Source: Acidobacteriota bacterium
GTDB lineage: Bacteria; Acidobacteriota; UBA6911; RPQK01; JAJDTT01
DNA length: 64,000 bases
Assembly (NCBI GenBank): GCA_965263035.1
Contig: OZ253580.1
Location: 4,704,001-4,768,000 of the forward strand
Direction of reading: 5' to 3'
Shown one piece after another: positions 29,657 through 39,700 of this stretch (position 1 is the stretch's first letter; each line of letters begins with the position of its first letter). The notes under the pieces were generated by a model that made no database searches, was not told the DNA's origin, and saw only the letters and a list, made by a program, of their open reading frames with translations. A program made the position numbers and the translations under genes.

Positions 29657-30916
29657 ATGACCGCAGGCGGATCCGTCTGGTACAAGCAGCTTCACTGGCA
29701 GATCGCCATCGCCATGGTGCTCGGCATTCTGGCCGGCCTGGCCGGAGGCGAGTACTTGGCGGACAAGGTGGGATGGATAGGGCAGCTCTTCATCAAGCTG
29801 CTCAAGATGGTGATCGTTCCCCTGGTTCTGACCTCCATCATTTCAGGCGTGGCCTCGGTGGGCGGAGCGGGATTGGGCCGGATGTTCGGAAAGACTCTCG
29901 GCTACTACGTGTTCACCAGCTTTTTTGCCGTCCTCACCGGATTGGTGCTGGTCAACCTCATCCAACCGGGTGTCGGGGCCGACTTGGTGGACGCGGCGAC
30001 CAAGGAGATGCCCGATGTCACCGTCGTGAGCTCTCCGGTGGATCTGATCCTGGACATCGTTCCGGAGAACATCGTCGCCGCCGGCTCCGAGACCAAGATG
30101 CTCTCGATCATCCTTTTCGCGATTCTGCTGGGCGTGAGCATCGCCAGTTTGCCCCGGCGCCACCGGGAACCCCTGGTGGGTTTCGTCGGAGCGGCCTTCC
30201 AAGCGATGATGCGTCTGACCTCGGGCATCATCCACTGGGTGGCTCCCATCGGTGTCTTCTCTCTGATCCTCACCCTGGTCGGAACCACCGGCCTGGGTTC
30301 CTTCAAGGCATTGGGACTCTACGCCTTGGTCCTGATTCTCGGGCTGTCGTTCCATCTGTTCTTCACGCTTCCGTTGACTTTGAAGCTGGTGGGCGGCATC
30401 AATCCCATCATTCATTTCAAGAACATGGTGGAACCCATGTTCATGGCCTTTTCCACCAGTTCGTCGGGCGCGACGCTCCCCGTGACCATCAACTCCGTGC
30501 ACAAGAAGGTCGGCGTCTCCAACCGGGTCACTTCCTTCGTGTTGCCCATGGGCGCCACCATCAACATGGACGGCACGGCCCTGTACGAATGCGCCGGGGT
30601 CCTGTTCATCGCCCAGGTGATGGGAGTCACCATGGGGTTCGAACAACAGGTCCTGATCGTGGTGACGGCGTTGCTGGCCTCCATCGGCGCAGCGGCCGTG
30701 CCCTCGGCCGGTCTGGTGGTGATCTTCATCGTCCTGGAGGCCGTCAATCTGACCGGACCGCAAGTGGCCTTGATCGTGGGCGCCATGCTGGCCATCGATC
30801 GTCCGCTGGACATGTACCGTACGGTGGTCAATGTCTACAGCGACTCCTGCGGCGCGGCCATCATCGCGCGCTCCGAGGGCGAGTCGGAGGTGGATACGGT
30901 GGTGGTGCGGAACTGA
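29657..30916 (+). CDS. Dicarboxylate/amino acid:cation symporter (DAACS)
   Basis: FIKLLKM, AFSTSSSGATLP, GATINMDGTALYE, DRPLDMYRTVVN. Confidence 0.92.
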   Translation: MTAGGSVWYKQLHWQIAIAMVLGILAGLAGGEYLADKVGWIGQLFIKLLKMVIVPLVLTSIISGVASVGGAGLGRMFGKTLGYYVFTSFFAVLTGLVLVNLIQPGVGADLVDAATKEMPDVTVVSSPVDLILDIVPENIVAAGSETKMLSIILFAILLGVSIASLPRRHREPLVGFVGAAFQAMMRLTSGIIHWVAPIGVFSLILTLVGTTGLGSFKALGLYALVLILGLSFHLFFTLPLTLKLVGGINPIIHFKNMVEPMFMAFSTSSSGATLPVTINSVHKKVGVSNRVTSFVLPMGATINMDGTALYECAGVLFIAQVMGVTMGFEQQVLIVVTALLASIGAAAVPSAGLVVIFIVLEAVNLTGPQVALIVGAMLAIDRPLDMYRTVVNVYSDSCGAAIIARSEGESEVDTVVVRN

Positions 30917-30998
30917 GGGAATTGCGGCTGAGACAGAGAAGCGGGGAAGCATTCCCAATGGTCGCGGGTAGGCAAAGAGACAACGCGGGGAGCGCCGC

Positions 30999-32111
30999 GT
31001 GAGTCTCGGACCGTCACGGCCGACTCGTCGAGAGTTCCTGCAGACTGCGGCGGTCGGGGCAACGGCCGGCTTCGGCCTGGCCGGGTGCGGCAGTGGCCAG
31101 CCCCCGGCGCCCGGAAAAACGGTCTCCCTGACCGTGGTGAAGCGATCGGCGGTGACCGCCGGAGCAGCCCTGCACCGTGCCTTCCCGAGTCTGACCCGCC
31201 TTCGCGACGGGACGCTCCTGGTCGTCTACCGCGAGGGGAGCGATCACTGGAGGACCGACGACTCCGTCCTCAGGGCGACCCGATCCTCCGACAACGGGAC
31301 GACCTGGTCCGAGCCGGAAACCATATTCCAAGAGCCGGGTTGGGCGGCCGGAGCCCACCATGGTCCCCTTCAGCTCGCCGACAGCAGAATTCTGGTTCCG
31401 GCGCAGTGTATCCGGCACGTGGAGAAGGGCCAGCTCCGGAACCTCGAATTCCGCGTCTTCAATCTGCGCAGCGACGACGGAGGACGGACCTGGAAGAGGA
31501 GGGAGATCGGACCGCAGACCGGTTGGTCGTGGCAGAATCAATACGGGCGCCTGAAGGAGATCGACGGCAAGCTCTGGCAGGGGGGCGGCGGCCAAAGGGA
31601 AGGGGAAGACTACTGGCGCACCGGTTATTTCGTCTCCTACGATGACGGAGAATCTTGGCCCGAGTGGCACACTATCGCGACCCATCTGCAGGACGAACGG
31701 GACATCCTGGAACTGGGCGACGGCCGGTTGCTGAGCATGATCCGCAGCGGCAACGAAACCTACCGGAGCTATTCCGCGGACCGCGGGAAAAGCTGGAGCC
31801 CGGCGGAAAAGCTCGACCTCTTCGGCCAGTGCCCCAGCTTGTTGACGTTGCCTTCGGGTCACATTCTCTTCGCCTACCGCCAAGTGCGGCCGGGGGCTCC
31901 GGTGGGGGTGGGAGCAGCCGTGTCGGGTGACGGCGGAGCAACCTGGACCGAGACCGACCCGATATACGTCTCCCCGGACAACTCCCGGGACTGCGCCTAT
32001 CCCAGCATGATTCCGGACGGCGAGCACGTGCTGGCGGCGTACTACACCACGTTCAGGGATGGAAACTCCCATATCGAGCTCGCCCGTCTGCGCGTGGAAA
32101 CGGGCGTCTGA
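30999..32111 (+). CDS. Tat-exported sialidase/BNR family lipoprotein
   Basis: TRREFL and LAGC; AFP motif; five Asp-boxes (SSDNGTTW, SDDGGRTW, SYDDGESW, SADRGKSW, SGDGGATW). Confidence 0.8.
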   Translation: MSLGPSRPTRREFLQTAAVGATAGFGLAGCGSGQPPAPGKTVSLTVVKRSAVTAGAALHRAFPSLTRLRDGTLLVVYREGSDHWRTDDSVLRATRSSDNGTTWSEPETIFQEPGWAAGAHHGPLQLADSRILVPAQCIRHVEKGQLRNLEFRVFNLRSDDGGRTWKRREIGPQTGWSWQNQYGRLKEIDGKLWQGGGGQREGEDYWRTGYFVSYDDGESWPEWHTIATHLQDERDILELGDGRLLSMIRSGNETYRSYSADRGKSWSPAEKLDLFGQCPSLLTLPSGHILFAYRQVRPGAPVGVGAAVSGDGGATWTETDPIYVSPDNSRDCAYPSMIPDGEHVLAAYYTTFRDGNSHIELARLRVETGV

Positions 32112-32139
32112 ACGGCCCATCCGGAGGCCGCGGCGTTTC

Positions 32140-32167
32140 TTGACGAGCCTTCGCCGGAGCGTATAGT
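32140..32167 (+). promoter_or_regulatory. Putative sigma70 promoter of the DUF1549/DUF1501 operon
   Basis: TTGACG-N16-TATAGT about 50 bp upstream of the start. Confidence 0.5.
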
Positions 32168-32215
32168 CTCGTCCCATTCAGTCGTTTTAAATTTCACCGT
32201 ATCGAGACAAGACAG

Positions 32216-34936
32216 GTGATGATCCGCTTCCTGACAGCTGCCTGGAGCCGGTGCACGGGGATCGCCGTTGGGATTGCTGTGGCGCTGTCGCTCGGTTGGG
32301 CCCCGGCGCACTTGCCGGGGCAGGCTTCGCCGCGGACGGCGCCAGGTGGTGAATTCCAGGTCCAGTTGTTCGAGGATCTGCCTGCCGACTGGCACCAGGA
32401 ATGGTCGTTTCAAGGACTCAAGCCCTCCTTGAGTTGGACGACGCCCGTCTTGGGATTGAATGGTCTCCCCGGGCGGATCTCCCCGGCGGGGATGACCATG
32501 CCGCGGAACCGGCCCTTCGCTCTGACGATCCAGGGCAGCCTGCACCTGCCGGGAGGCGAATATGAGTTCCGTCTCCGGAGCCGCATGCACGGCCGCTTCT
32601 TTGTCGACGACCGTTTGCTCATCCAGTCCGAGCCCCCAAAACCAAAGGACCTGACCCTGGAGGAGATCGCGGCCAAGGAGGCGGCCGACAAGAAAGTCCG
32701 GGACGAAGCGGCCCAGAAGGAAGCCGAGGCCCAGGCGCGGCAGGATCTGCTGCGGCAGAGGTTGGAAGATGCGCTGCTGGAGCAGAACGAAGAGACCCAG
32801 AAGGCCGTTGCGGCGGATCTCGAGAAGGCGAACCGGCGCCAGAAGGGTGAGCTGTCCGATACTGAACCTCCTGCCCGGATACAGGAGTCGGCAACCCGTG
32901 TGCCGCTGGAATCGGGACGTTATCGCCTGAGGATCGAGCTGACGGGCGAGCGGTTGGATCGGGAGGTTTCCATCGTCTACCGGAGGGGAGAGGAGGAGCC
33001 GCGCCTGCTGAGTCTGGGGGATCGCATCCCCTTCACCGAGAGCGGGTGGGACCAGTGGAACCAAGCCGAATCCCGGCGGAACCGGGAGCTGGAGGACGCG
33101 GTTCGGAAGCCGCGGTTGGCGAGCTGGGAGGAGTATTGGCAGCAGCGGCATCTGGAGCAGGCTCGCGCCGTTGCCGCATCCAGAAAACCAGTGGATGTCG
33201 AGCCGGCCGCCGGCATGTCCGAGTTCAACCTCATCGACCGTTTTCTCGGCGCCAGAATGGCCGCCCATGAGGTGGCGCCGGCCCCCCTAACCAACGATTA
33301 CGAGTTCGTCCGCCGGATCTATGTCGACGTCTGGGGCCTGATCCCCACCTGGGAGCAGGTCCGGGAATTCGTCAATGATTCGCAGCCCGGCAAGCGGAAC
33401 CTGCTCATCGATCGCCTTCTGGCGGACGACGGCTGGGCCGACCCCTGGGTCGGCTACTGGCAGGACCTGCTGGGAGAGAACGCCAAGCTCTACGGCGGCG
33501 TCCCGCACTCCACCGGCCCCTTCAAGGAGTGGATTCACCGGAGTTTCGTGGAGGATCGGGGATACGACCGGTTCGCCACCGAGCTTCTGCTCATGGAGGG
33601 CACTCCCGAACAGCAGGGAACGATTGGCTTTCAGCAATCCTTCGGCAGCGACGTTCCCATGGCCGAGAAGGCCCACGTGATTTCCCAGGCGTTCATGGGC
33701 GCCACCATGAAATGCGCCCGCTGCCACGACTCCCCGCTGAATCGTTACCGGCAGCGCGACCTCTTCGGGATCGCCGCCATGTTACAGGGGGAGCCGGTGG
33801 CCATACCGGAGACCAGCAGCGTCGGCGTGGTCCCGGGACGGCGCAAGCCGGCAGTTCCCATCACCAACAAGCCGGGGGACCGGATCCCCCCGTCGTTCGT
33901 CTTCGACCGCGGACGCGACCCCGCTCGGGTCGGTCCGGATGCGCGGGCTCATCGGGAAGCTCTGGCGGCATGGATGGCGTCCCAGCACCGGTTCGCCCAG
34001 GTGGGAGTCAACCGCATCTGGCAGCGGTTCATGGGCCGGGGCTTGGTCCACCCCATCGACGACTGGGACTCGCCGTCTGAAGTTTCCCATCCTGGATTGC
34101 TCGACTATCTGACCGAGGAATTCATCGGGAGTGGCTATAGTGTCCGGCATGTCCAGGAACTGATTCTCAAGTCCCACGCCTATCAGAGGCACAGGGACCA
34201 GAACCTCGCCGAATTGCGAGACGCTGCCGGCCAACCTTTTTTTGCAGCTCCAGGAGCCCGGCGAATGCGTGCTGAGGAGATCGTCGATTCGCTCCACCTG
34301 ACGGTGCGCAGGCCGTTCAAGAGCGAGCGCATCGCCTACCAGAAGGTGGACTACGGAATCCCGAAACGCACTTGGCAGATCGTCTCCCTGTCCAACGAGG
34401 AGGACGTGGCGGTCCTGGCCAAGCCGTTGTTGCAGGAGATCATCACGCTGGCCAAGGCCTTCGGTTGGCGGGACCAGCGCCCGAACCCGTTGAGTGTGCG
34501 AAATGACGATCCTCATGCCTTGCAGCCCCTGGCCCTGGCCAACGGGGATTTGATGCACCGTCTGGTCAAGCTCACCGACCGTTCGTATTACACGGAACTC
34601 TCGAGAGAAGCCGGCACGCTGGACCAATACGGAAACCGGTTGTTCCTAAACACCCTGTCGAGGCCCCCCACCGAGCGGGAAAAGAGCTGGCTCCGGAACG
34701 AGCTCGGAGCCCTCTGGAGCCGGAGACTCGTTCCCCGCGAGCTTCGGGAGGCGAGAAGGGAAGAGGCTGGAGTCGAGGCGGTGACGGTGACCGACTCCAT
34801 CGCGGCCCATCAGTACATCCTGCGGGTCCGGCAAGGGGAGCCCGCCACGACGGCCCTGACGCCGGCCTGGCGCCGGAATGCGGAGAAGGTGTTGTGGGCC
34901 GTGCTCAACTCCCCGGAGTTCATTTTCCTGCCCTAG
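32216..34936 (+). CDS. DUF1549/DUF1553 protein with N-terminal PA14-like region
   Basis: EFVRRIYVDVWGLIPT, CARCHDSP, VNRIWQRFMGRGLVHPIDD, SHPGLLDYL, RRMRAEEIVDS, LNSPEF. Confidence 0.85.
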   Translation: MMIRFLTAAWSRCTGIAVGIAVALSLGWAPAHLPGQASPRTAPGGEFQVQLFEDLPADWHQEWSFQGLKPSLSWTTPVLGLNGLPGRISPAGMTMPRNRPFALTIQGSLHLPGGEYEFRLRSRMHGRFFVDDRLLIQSEPPKPKDLTLEEIAAKEAADKKVRDEAAQKEAEAQARQDLLRQRLEDALLEQNEETQKAVAADLEKANRRQKGELSDTEPPARIQESATRVPLESGRYRLRIELTGERLDREVSIVYRRGEEEPRLLSLGDRIPFTESGWDQWNQAESRRNRELEDAVRKPRLASWEEYWQQRHLEQARAVAASRKPVDVEPAAGMSEFNLIDRFLGARMAAHEVAPAPLTNDYEFVRRIYVDVWGLIPTWEQVREFVNDSQPGKRNLLIDRLLADDGWADPWVGYWQDLLGENAKLYGGVPHSTGPFKEWIHRSFVEDRGYDRFATELLLMEGTPEQQGTIGFQQSFGSDVPMAEKAHVISQAFMGATMKCARCHDSPLNRYRQRDLFGIAAMLQGEPVAIPETSSVGVVPGRRKPAVPITNKPGDRIPPSFVFDRGRDPARVGPDARAHREALAAWMASQHRFAQVGVNRIWQRFMGRGLVHPIDDWDSPSEVSHPGLLDYLTEEFIGSGYSVRHVQELILKSHAYQRHRDQNLAELRDAAGQPFFAAPGARRMRAEEIVDSLHLTVRRPFKSERIAYQKVDYGIPKRTWQIVSLSNEEDVAVLAKPLLQEIITLAKAFGWRDQRPNPLSVRNDDPHALQPLALANGDLMHRLVKLTDRSYYTELSREAGTLDQYGNRLFLNTLSRPPTEREKSWLRNELGALWSRRLVPRELREARREEAGVEAVTVTDSIAAHQYILRVRQGEPATTALTPAWRRNAEKVLWAVLNSPEFIFLP

Positions 34937-35099
34937 GAGCCTGCGCCGCAGAAATTGATCTACTGCGAAAGTGGTAAAATCGGTCCATATTTCCCCGATT
35001 TCTCGGCGAATAGAACAACTATGCACCTCAAAATCGAGAAAATCCGGCCTCGATTCCCCACTTTCTCGCTACGATCATTTCTACCGCGCAGACTCCTAG
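34933..35099. mobile_element. MITE copy 2 (inverted orientation)
   Basis: Reverse complement of copy 1 with few substitutions; CTAG at both ends. Confidence 0.85.
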
Positions 35100-35109
35100 G
35101 AGAGACGTC

Positions 35110-36450
35110 ATGAAACATTCCAGGTCCCAGATGTATCGACGAGAGTTCCTCGGAACCACTGCGAGACTCGGCGCTGGCCTGGGGGCCTCCTCCGTTGCAG
35201 GAAATCTCCTCTCGGCAGCGGCGGCCGCCGCTGGAAGGACCGGAGCCGACTCCAAGACACGGCCGGGAGCGACCGCCGACACCTGCATCTTCGTCTGGCT
35301 GGCGGGGGGCACGTGTCATGTCGACACCTTCGACCCCAAACTCAAGGGGAACGGCCAGGAGATCGCGGGAAGCTACTACAACCCCATCGAGACCAGCGTG
35401 CCGGGTATCCGGGTTTGCGAGCACCTGCCCCGGGTCGCGGAGCGAATGGACCGCTTCGCCTTCGTGCGGTCGCTGAACCACCAGTTCACGGAACACACCC
35501 AGGCGGTCAACTTCGTACACACGGGCCGGGTGGCCAGCGGGACCATCGTCTACCCCTCCATCGGCTCCATCGTGTCCCACCAGCTGGGCGGATTCGATCC
35601 CAAGGCGCCGGCCTACGTGGTGGTGGGCAACCCCATGCAGCCGCGGGGACCGGGATTTCTGGGGGGCAAGTACAATTTCGTCTATCTGTCCGACACGGAG
35701 GCCGGTCCATCCGGGCTCCGGCTGCCCGACGGCGTTTCGGCTCAACAGTATGAGGAGTGGACCCGGACGCTGAAGAGCTTCTCCGAGCCCTATCTGGACA
35801 AGCACGCCGGCAGCCCCATGGTTCAGGCCTACGCTTCCGTCATGGACCGGGGCTTCGAAATGATGAGCCCGAAGTTCCAGAGCGCCTTCTCGGTGAAGGA
35901 CGAACCGGCGGAACTGCGCGAGGCCTACGGGAAGGAGTTCGGGCAGAGGCTGTTGTTGTCGCGGCGTCTGGTGGAGAACGGAATTCGATTCGTCGAGTGT
36001 TCGTTCAATCTGCACTTCATCAACGGCTATGGGTGGGACGCCCATGCCTTCGCCCAGAAGCGGGTCCACCTGTTGATCCGGCAACTCGACCAGGGCTTGT
36101 CCGCGCTGGTGGAAGATCTGGAACGGCGGCGCCTGCTGGACCGGACGTTGGTCGTAGTGGCGACGGAATTCGGGCGCCCGCCCGAATTCGACGGACAGGG
36201 TGGGAGAGGACACCAGTCCGCCGCCTACTCCGCCGTGCTGTTCGGAGGCGGGGTCCGGGGCGGACAGGCCATCGGGGCCACCGACGAACTGGGCCGGGAG
36301 ATCGTGGAGCGCCCCGTCTCCGTCCCCGACCTGCATGCCACGATCCATCGGGCATTGGGAGTCGATCCCGAAGAGCCTCTCATGACTCCCGGCGGCCGGC
36401 CGGTCCCCATCACGGATTTCGGCCAGCCGGTCGAAGAACTGTTCAGTTGA
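35110..36450 (+). CDS. DUF1501 family Tat-exported protein
   Basis: RREFL; WLAGGTCHVDTFDPK, SRRLVENG, WDAH, TEFGRPP, GRGH. Confidence 0.88.
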   Translation: MKHSRSQMYRREFLGTTARLGAGLGASSVAGNLLSAAAAAAGRTGADSKTRPGATADTCIFVWLAGGTCHVDTFDPKLKGNGQEIAGSYYNPIETSVPGIRVCEHLPRVAERMDRFAFVRSLNHQFTEHTQAVNFVHTGRVASGTIVYPSIGSIVSHQLGGFDPKAPAYVVVGNPMQPRGPGFLGGKYNFVYLSDTEAGPSGLRLPDGVSAQQYEEWTRTLKSFSEPYLDKHAGSPMVQAYASVMDRGFEMMSPKFQSAFSVKDEPAELREAYGKEFGQRLLLSRRLVENGIRFVECSFNLHFINGYGWDAHAFAQKRVHLLIRQLDQGLSALVEDLERRRLLDRTLVVVATEFGRPPEFDGQGGRGHQSAAYSAVLFGGGVRGGQAIGATDELGREIVERPVSVPDLHATIHRALGVDPEEPLMTPGGRPVPITDFGQPVEELFS

Positions 36451-36732
36451 AAAATCAAATACAGATGCTTGGATCGGACTCGCTCCATCATGTCATATTG
36501 CGTTGCCGTCGAATTCCGGACGCCGCTTCACCTTGCCAGCAAGTTACGGGTGAGCGTATTTCTTGACGAAGTCGTCCGTGAGCGTGTTCATAATCTAGTC
36601 TAGGCTGCGCCATGGGGAGAGCGAACTTGGTTACCATCGGACAGGCATCGCCACCATGGCGTAGAGTCGTGAATCGAAGAGCGGGAAGTAATCTGACCGT
36701 ACCCGCACCCGTACCCGTACCCCGTCCCCAAG

Positions 36733-39700
36733 TCAGCTCGGTAATTTCGCAACACGTTTGGGTTTCTCGGCTACCATCCTCCAGGACTGACCGCAGAGGA
36801 TCCATTTGGTAGCAACGCGGAACGGATTTTCGATCGGCAACACCCGGTAGCAATTGTCATCGACTTTTTCGACGATGTAGAGATACCAGGACTTCTTCGT
36901 CTGCCCAGCCGCCGCTTCGAACGCTTTGCGTACTTGTGCGCGGCTCAACTCCACGACCTCGTCTTCGACCCATAGACACCCTTTGCCCTTCACCTCGATC
37001 AGCCGGACCGCCTTGGTCTCCGGGTCGACGCTGCGGATGTCCCAGCCTGCCTGATGACGGTCGCCAAGCTCCGGCTTGCGGCCGGACTCCAGCTCGTATC
37101 GCGCGGCAACTTTTCGGTACACCTCGTCTCCAAGATCTGCGCCAGAGCTTCCACCCGTTCTCGCGGTCCTGCTCGCGTCGTCATTTTCATTGCCTAGCGC
37201 AATCTCCCCCTTCAACGAATTCTTCAACTGATCTGCGAGGGCGTTCTGTCTGGCAAGGGCCCTGCTTTTCGTATAGGAGCTGTTCGTGGAACCCGACTTG
37301 TCACGTTGGGAGCTATTGGTCGTACTGGTTCGGGTACGTGCCGCCGAGGCGTTGCCAGGCGGATCCGACTTGTCACGTTTGGAGTCACCGGCACTACGCG
37401 CCTGACGAGCCGCCCCATTCCCGCCCGACGGCTTTTCCTCTTTCGGTTTGACGGCATTCGAGGTTTGGATCGGGCCATTATTCGTGACGGATGCTTCCTC
37501 ATTGTCCAATTCGCTCTGGAACATCGCCGGCAACTCGAAGTTCGGAGTGAAAGAGCGCTGGAATTTGTCCGCAGCCAATATGAAATCGGATTCGTTGCCG
37601 ATCGTTCCCAACATTCCGGTAAGATCCGCTGCGAGGTCCCCGCGCTGGACAAAGGAGAAGTGGCGCAGTAGCTCCTTGGCCGCGTCGGCTTGGAACTGGA
37701 CCGGACGGCCCGAGATGGTCAGAGTTCCCTTGTCCAATCGCGCGTTCACCGGCACCTGCTCAGGGGAAGCGCTTCCGATACTGACCTCAAGGGCAAGTTT
37801 ACGAACGCGGAACAGTCGCAATCCCGTTCCGGCTTTGGTTCCCGTCTCGTCTCTTTCCTCACGCCCTTGCCTCCGAACCCACCCGAGAAGCTCGCAGATG
37901 AGATCGAACCTGGAACCCCAGTCACTATCAACTGGCAATGTTTCACCTTCGCTCCATTCCATAGTGACGGATGAAGATAAACGCGGCAGGCTAATCGCTT
38001 TCGCTACGCGAAGCTGGTCAGATCGGGAATTACCGAGGTGCCCACTCGTGGCTGTTCGCAAGCGGTCCTGGCTGGGATAGAAACGCCTATCTTCGAGGTC
38101 GTCGTAGTAGATATCGTCGGTCTCCGCCAAGACAATCCATTCCCGATTCGAGAAAACCGCTGCCTCCGACACGGCCGTTTCCCACTGCGCGGAGAGTGAC
38201 GGGTCCTTGGTGCGGTCCTCCAGGCAGTAGCCAAACGCGGTCGGGAGGACATCGCGCACCTCGTTCGCTAAGCCATGAGGCGACAATCGTGCCCGTTTCC
38301 AGACATCCTCTATGTAATCTAACGCTTGGCGCCCCGTGGTCGTCTCCGGGAACTCATAGGGGAAATCGGGGTGTTCCAACTCCCCTCGTAGCAGTTCTTC
38401 AATATGGTCCAGTGGGACGATCCAGCCACCGAGCGCGCCCCGAAGACGACCGCCGACCCGCTGGACGATCCGATCGAGCGGAACACGGCCGTTGTGGTTC
38501 GATGGAACCGTAAGTTCCTGTAAAACCTGCTCAAAAAGAAGCCAGTCTTCGTCCGTTGTGATCTGTTCGCGGCAATCGAGAAGAAGTTGCGCAAGCTCTT
38601 CCGCATCTAGTTGGGACCCCATCGCCGAGAGTCTGCACAGAGACGTGGCTTCGGGAATCGCGGAACCGAATTCCACCCCTTCCCGCTCCATCGCGATTAC
38701 GAGATCGGATAACAGATTTGAGACGGGTGCGTCTTCTCGCGCTGGATCAGGCTGCGGAAGGACATCCTGTGGACGCCTGAGTTCCCCGTCTTTGCAGGGG
38801 ACCCACGCGAGCTTGGAGAGCTTGACCACCCAAACGCTCGGGGCCGTTCCCGGTAGTTTGTAGGGGGTGAAGTATGTGTACGAGGATTTACGCTGTCCAT
38901 TGCCCCGCAGGGCGTGGAATCCGTCCTCGAGCCAGGAGGCAACCGCCGCACGCAGTTCTTCGGGTTGGCCCGGGTCTGGAAGATTGGGCTCAATGTCGAA
39001 GTCGATCAAGGTGTAGCCGCTGTTGTTGGATTCACCGATCGAGTCAATCTCGACACCGAGGAATTCCGCGACCTGCTCGCGATTCCATCGGCTGGCATAG
39101 TCCCTTAGTTCCCTCACTTTGAGCCCACCTTTGGCGCCGGCCTTTTCAAGGAAAGCTCGCCATTCACGGGTGTCCGCGCCCTTGGGATCCTTTTCCAGGT
39201 AGGTTGCGGAGATTACTGGTGTCGCTGGAAACAAGCGCCGCCGGTCCCGGCCGTGTTCGACGTAGGGATCGGCTAGAAGCGCCTCGCCAACCGGTACTCC
39301 TATCGGATCGTTTTCCGAGGCCACGAGCACACAGGTGAGTAGATCGGCACGATTGCGGTGCTTCGCCCAGTGTCCAAACGGCGCGAGCAGCGACCAATCT
39401 GGATTCGGCGATGACGGCAGGGCGCTCATGGCATTCTCGACAACTTCTTGGAGGCCGATGCTTCGGGCGTGTTTCACGATCCAACTCCAAGCTCGAGTCA
39501 GATTTCCCTGTTGCCATTCCTTCGCTTCTTTCGATGCCCCTTGGCGGAGCGCGTTGGTCCATGTTGCCGGCAGGCGGTTCGCCTCCGGAATGAACGGCTT
39601 GATGAACTTGAGCGCTTCGGACCCGCCCGGCTCATGATCGGCGGGAAGTGACTCTCGCAGGAACAATGCGCCGTCTACGGGGAACCATTCTCTCCTCTCC

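Noticed and set aside
36488-36853. 121-aa ORF and (GTACCC)n microrepeat near 36697-36728
   Set aside because: No recognisable motif, overlaps the GHKL gene end, and the repeat is short and imperfect
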